From Bacteroidales bacterium (GTDB taxonomy: Bacteria; Bacteroidota; Bacteroidia; Bacteroidales; UBA12077), in the NCBI GenBank assembly GCA_028282585.1, contig JANQHR010000045.1:1-20787 (forward strand): a DNA stretch of 20,787 nucleotides, written 5' to 3'. Positions 17,388 through 20,787 of this stretch are shown one piece after another. The position numbers and the translations under genes are program-made. Each line of letters starts with the position of its first letter. The stretch's first letter is position 1. Below the pieces are notes generated by a model. That model was not told the DNA's origin and ran no database searches. It saw only the letters and a list, made by a program, of their open reading frames with translations.

Positions 17388-18134
17388 TTATGTATTCATT
17401 GCTCCGCAAACATTAATTACCTGTCCGCTTACATATGATGATAAATCAGAAGCCAAATATAAGGTTGTATTGGCTACATCTTCCGGCGTTCCTCCTCTTC
17501 TCAATGGAATTTGCTGTTCCCATTCCCTTCTAACATCTTCTGATAATTTTGCTGTCATTTCTGTAATTATAAATCCAGGAGCAATGGCATTACAACGAAT
17601 ATTTCTGGATCCAACTTCTTTTGCAATAGATTTAGTAAATCCAATAATACCAGCTTTTGAAGCTGAATAATTAGCCTGACCCGCATTTCCACTAACACCA
17701 ACTACCGAACTCATATTTACAATTGAACCCGACTTCTGTTTTAACATATATTTTTGAGCAGCTTTAGTAAAATTGAATACCGATTTCAAGTTAACTGCCA
17801 TAACTGTATCCCATTGTTGTTCAGTCATTCGCATCATTAAAGTATCCATGGTAATACCAGCATTGTTAACTAACACATCGACACTTCCAAATTCTTTTTG
17901 GATTTCATCAACTAAATTCTGTGTTTCCTCAAATTTACTCGCATCAGAAGCATAAGCCTTAGCTTTAACTCCCATATCCTGTAGCTGCTTTTCTACTTCC
18001 TTGGCAGCGTCATTATATTCCAAATCAGTAATTGCAATATTTGCACCATATTCAGCCAGTTTAATTGCAACTGCTTTTCCTATACCACGAGCTGCTCCGG
18101 TAACAATAGCTGTTTTTCCTTCAAGTAGTTTCAT
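17388..18134 (-). CDS. fabG: 3-oxoacyl-ACP reductase
   Basis: TGAARGIG, NNAGIT, SSVVG...GQANYSASK, NAIAPGFI. Confidence 0.93.
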   Translation of the reverse strand: MKLLEGKTAIVTGAARGIGKAVAIKLAEYGANIAITDLEYNDAAKEVEKQLQDMGVKAKAYASDASKFEETQNLVDEIQKEFGSVDVLVNNAGITMDTLMMRMTEQQWDTVMAVNLKSVFNFTKAAQKYMLKQKSGSIVNMSSVVGVSGNAGQANYSASKAGIIGFTKSIAKEVGSRNIRCNAIAPGFIITEMTAKLSEDVRREWEQQIPLRRGGTPEDVANTTLYLASDLSSYVSGQVINVCGAMNT

Positions 18135-18167
18135 ACTGTTAAATTTTTGTGTTTAAATTATGGGAAA

Positions 18168-18175
18168 CAAAAATA
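18168..18175 (-). promoter_or_regulatory. Putative -7 promoter element for fabG
   Basis: Minus strand TATTTTTG, 33 nt upstream of the ATG. Confidence 0.4.
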
Positions 18176-18354
18176 AGTAAACAAAGTTTATTAATGCAAA
18201 TTAATTAATATAAACTGCTCTATTTTAGAAAAACTGATAATATATTAAAAGTTTTAAAAAATCATATTTTTTTCATACATTGTGTGCTTGTAATATTGAT
18301 TTTATTTGATAAAATTGCAAGATCATTTACCTAAACATCAAAAGATCTTTACAC

Positions 18355-20667
18355 ATGAATATTAAGATGAATTTAAAAACCAAGATGCTTGTATATATTC
18401 TCTCTGCATCATTGGTAATTTACGTTTTAGCCATAGGTTATGTAAGTTTACGACTAAAGAAAATTGCATTTGACGACGCCAAAATACTAACAAATACATA
18501 TGCCAGAGAATTTGCTAATTATGTAAAAGCAGACTTGAGTGTTGATATGAATATGACCAGGGCTCTGGCTCAGATGTCAAAAATATATAAGAACCTTCCG
18601 CCTGATCAAATGAAAGATATTCTAAATGAAATGATTGATCATTTGATTAAAGAAAACCCAAGTTTTTTATCAACCTGGTATAATTGGGAATTAAGTGCCA
18701 TATGGCCGGATTGGGATAAACCTCATGGACGCTTAAGAATTACATTTTATCGAGTTGGTTCAGAAATAAAATATAAAGAAGAAATTATAGATACCATACC
18801 CGGATTCACAAAAGGTGCTTATTACGACATTCTTAGCAAACAAGTTGAGTATGTTATGGATCCTTATTACTTTACATACGCAGAAGGTGAAGAAGAAGTA
18901 TTAATGACAAGTGTAGCAATGCCAGTAATTATGGATGGTATCTCTGTAGGTGTTGCAGGGTTAGATTTAGGGTTAGATCGTTTTCAGGATTTAATTAAAG
19001 ATATACATCCTGTTGAAGACAGCTATGCATTTCTGATAGCTTATAACGGACAATTTGTAGCTCACGATAGAGAAGAATTGCTTGGGCAAATGATACAGGA
19101 TTATGCAGGTGAAAATTCTGATATATTAAATAATATTCAAAGTGGCAAAGAATTTTCCAGTGCTCGTAAAAGTTATGACGGAAGAGATTATTGGATAACA
19201 TATGCACCGGTATATATCGGAAATTCCCCTACTCCATGGTCCTTTGGGTTTGCTGTTCCGGTTGATATTATTTTAAAAGAAGCAAATGCTACATTTAGAA
19301 GCTCTATTTTTTGGGGAGTGATCGGTTTACTTTTAATCGCTTTCATTATATGGTTAATTGCGCATAATATATCACATCCAATTTTTAAGACAACAGCTAT
19401 ATTAAAAGAATTAGCAAAAGGTGATATAGACAAAACTAAGAAGTTAAAAGTAAAATCAAACTCGTCTGTTGAAATTAGTGAGATGGGTAATTCAGTAAAT
19501 ACATTAATTGACGGATTAAATAAAACAGCTGATTTTGCCGGTGAAATTGGTAAAGGAAACCTTGAGAAAGAGTTTGAAGTTTTAAGTGACAAAGATATTT
19601 TAGGTAATTCACTTCTAGAAATGCGCAAAAGTTTAAAACTTGCTCAAAAGCAAGATTCAGAAAGAAAGTTAGAAGATGAAAAGCAAAACTGGGCAACCCA
19701 GGGATTAGCCAAGTTTGGTGAAATTTTACGCCAGAATACGGATGATATGCACGAATTTGCTTATCATATTATAAGTAATTTGGTTAAATATATAGATGCA
19801 AACCAAGGTGGATTATTTATTATTAATGATGATGATAAAAACGATCCTTATGTTGAATTGCTTGCTTTCTATGCTTATGAAAGACGCAAATATATGGAAA
19901 AAAGAATAGATATTGGCGTTGGTTTGATTGGTCGCTGTGTACAGGAGCAAAAAACGATTTATATGACAGAACTTCCGGATGAATACATAACAATTACATC
20001 CGGGTTAGGTCAATCGGTTCCAAATGCTTTGTTAATTATTCCGTTAAAAGTAAATGATGAAATATTTGGTGTAGTAGAATTAGCGGGATTTAATTCATTT
20101 GATGATCATATAATTAAATTTGTTGAAGAAGTTGGTGAAAGTATTGCATCTACAATTTCGACAACAAAGATAAACATTAAAACCAGTCAATTATTAGAAC
20201 AATCGCAGCAACAAAGTGAAGAGATGGCTGCTCAAGAGGAAGAAATGCGTCAGAACATGGAGGAGCTTCAGGCAACACAGGAAGAAGCTGCACGAAGAAG
20301 TGTTGAAATGCAGGGCTTATTAGATGGATTAAATGCTGCAAATTTAGTTATTGAATATGATCTGGATGGACATATTATTGATGTAAACAGTAATTATTTG
20401 ACTCTGGTTGGAATAACAAAAGATCAAATGGTTGGAACACATCACTCTGACAATATGCACTTTACGGAACAACAGAAAAATGAAAATACTCAATTCTGGA
20501 AGGATTTGAGAAACGGCATATCTAAAAAAGAAACGGACCATGTGGAACTTGGAGGTAAAGAATATGTTTTCGTAGCGACATATACTCCAATCTTGGATGA
20601 AGATGGTAATCCGATGAAAGTTCTTAAAATTGCAACAGATATTACTGATATTTATAAGGCCAATTAG
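18355..20667 (+). CDS. Membrane sensor: TM-dCache-TM-HAMP-GAF-coiled coil-PAS, no output domain
   Basis: Two TM helices flank a Cache-type region (MDPYYF...SVAMPV...GVAGLDL...YAFLI). Then HAMP (ISHPI...LAKGDI), GAF (GVGLIGRC...LLIIPLKVNDEIFGVVELA), QEEEMRQNMEELQATQEE helix and a terminal PAS/PAC (YTPILDEDG...IATDIT). Confidence 0.85.
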   Translation: MNIKMNLKTKMLVYILSASLVIYVLAIGYVSLRLKKIAFDDAKILTNTYAREFANYVKADLSVDMNMTRALAQMSKIYKNLPPDQMKDILNEMIDHLIKENPSFLSTWYNWELSAIWPDWDKPHGRLRITFYRVGSEIKYKEEIIDTIPGFTKGAYYDILSKQVEYVMDPYYFTYAEGEEEVLMTSVAMPVIMDGISVGVAGLDLGLDRFQDLIKDIHPVEDSYAFLIAYNGQFVAHDREELLGQMIQDYAGENSDILNNIQSGKEFSSARKSYDGRDYWITYAPVYIGNSPTPWSFGFAVPVDIILKEANATFRSSIFWGVIGLLLIAFIIWLIAHNISHPIFKTTAILKELAKGDIDKTKKLKVKSNSSVEISEMGNSVNTLIDGLNKTADFAGEIGKGNLEKEFEVLSDKDILGNSLLEMRKSLKLAQKQDSERKLEDEKQNWATQGLAKFGEILRQNTDDMHEFAYHIISNLVKYIDANQGGLFIINDDDKNDPYVELLAFYAYERRKYMEKRIDIGVGLIGRCVQEQKTIYMTELPDEYITITSGLGQSVPNALLIIPLKVNDEIFGVVELAGFNSFDDHIIKFVEEVGESIASTISTTKINIKTSQLLEQSQQQSEEMAAQEEEMRQNMEELQATQEEAARRSVEMQGLLDGLNAANLVIEYDLDGHIIDVNSNYLTLVGITKDQMVGTHHSDNMHFTEQQKNENTQFWKDLRNGISKKETDHVELGGKEYVFVATYTPILDEDGNPMKVLKIATDITDIYKAN

Positions 20668-20689
20668 AAAAACCAACTATTAAATCTTA

Positions 20690-20723
20690 AAGAAGCTGTC
20701 TCAAAAGGGCAGCTTTCTTTTTT
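20690..20723 (+). terminator. Intrinsic terminator after the sensor gene
   Basis: AAGCTGTC / GGCAGCTT stem followed by TCTTTTTT. Confidence 0.7.
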
Positions 20724-20787
20724 AAATAAATTGACATAATCTTTATTTTGTCTAACAAATTGATTATCTTAGAGAAACACGACTAAG

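Noticed and set aside
1286-20676. Short alternative-frame or antisense ORFs (1286-1510, 3517-3723, 9948-10190, 12657-12860, 12894-13091, 15377-15601, 16312-16777, 17470-17955, 18995-19696, 20344-20676)
   Set aside because: They overlap well-supported genes and have no recognisable motifs; shadow ORFs.
1-20787. CRISPR array, tRNA/rRNA genes, transposase or integrase
   Set aside because: No regularly spaced direct repeats, RNA-gene signatures or recombinase ORFs were found by inspection.

Overview
AT-rich Bacteroidota window, probably Bacteroidales/Marinilabiliales-like. The assignment rests on the gyrA-TPR/clpC and cinA-rpmB-rpmG-DUF4295-ftsY-rimO gene orders and on TAnnTTTG promoter motifs. 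From about 3.2 kb onward it is mostly housekeeping: TPR protein, gyrA, clpC, tpx, rimO, ftsY, DUF4295, rpmG, rpmB, cinA, an M48 peptidase, a DUF6340-like lipoprotein and fabG. It ends with a Cache-HAMP-GAF-PAS membrane sensor that has no output domain. The first ~3.1 kb is accessory: a 5'-truncated OLD-family ABC-ATPase/TOPRIM nuclease translationally coupled to a short, divergent UvrD-like helicase (Gabija-like defence pair). This block ends just before a clear 28-bp XerC/XerD dif-like site (3139-3166). A hairpin with inverted XerD-like arms lies just upstream of that site, suggesting a defence island integrated at dif by Xer recombination. The gyrA/clpC intergenic region also has a cluster of DnaA-box-like TTWTNAACA motifs.
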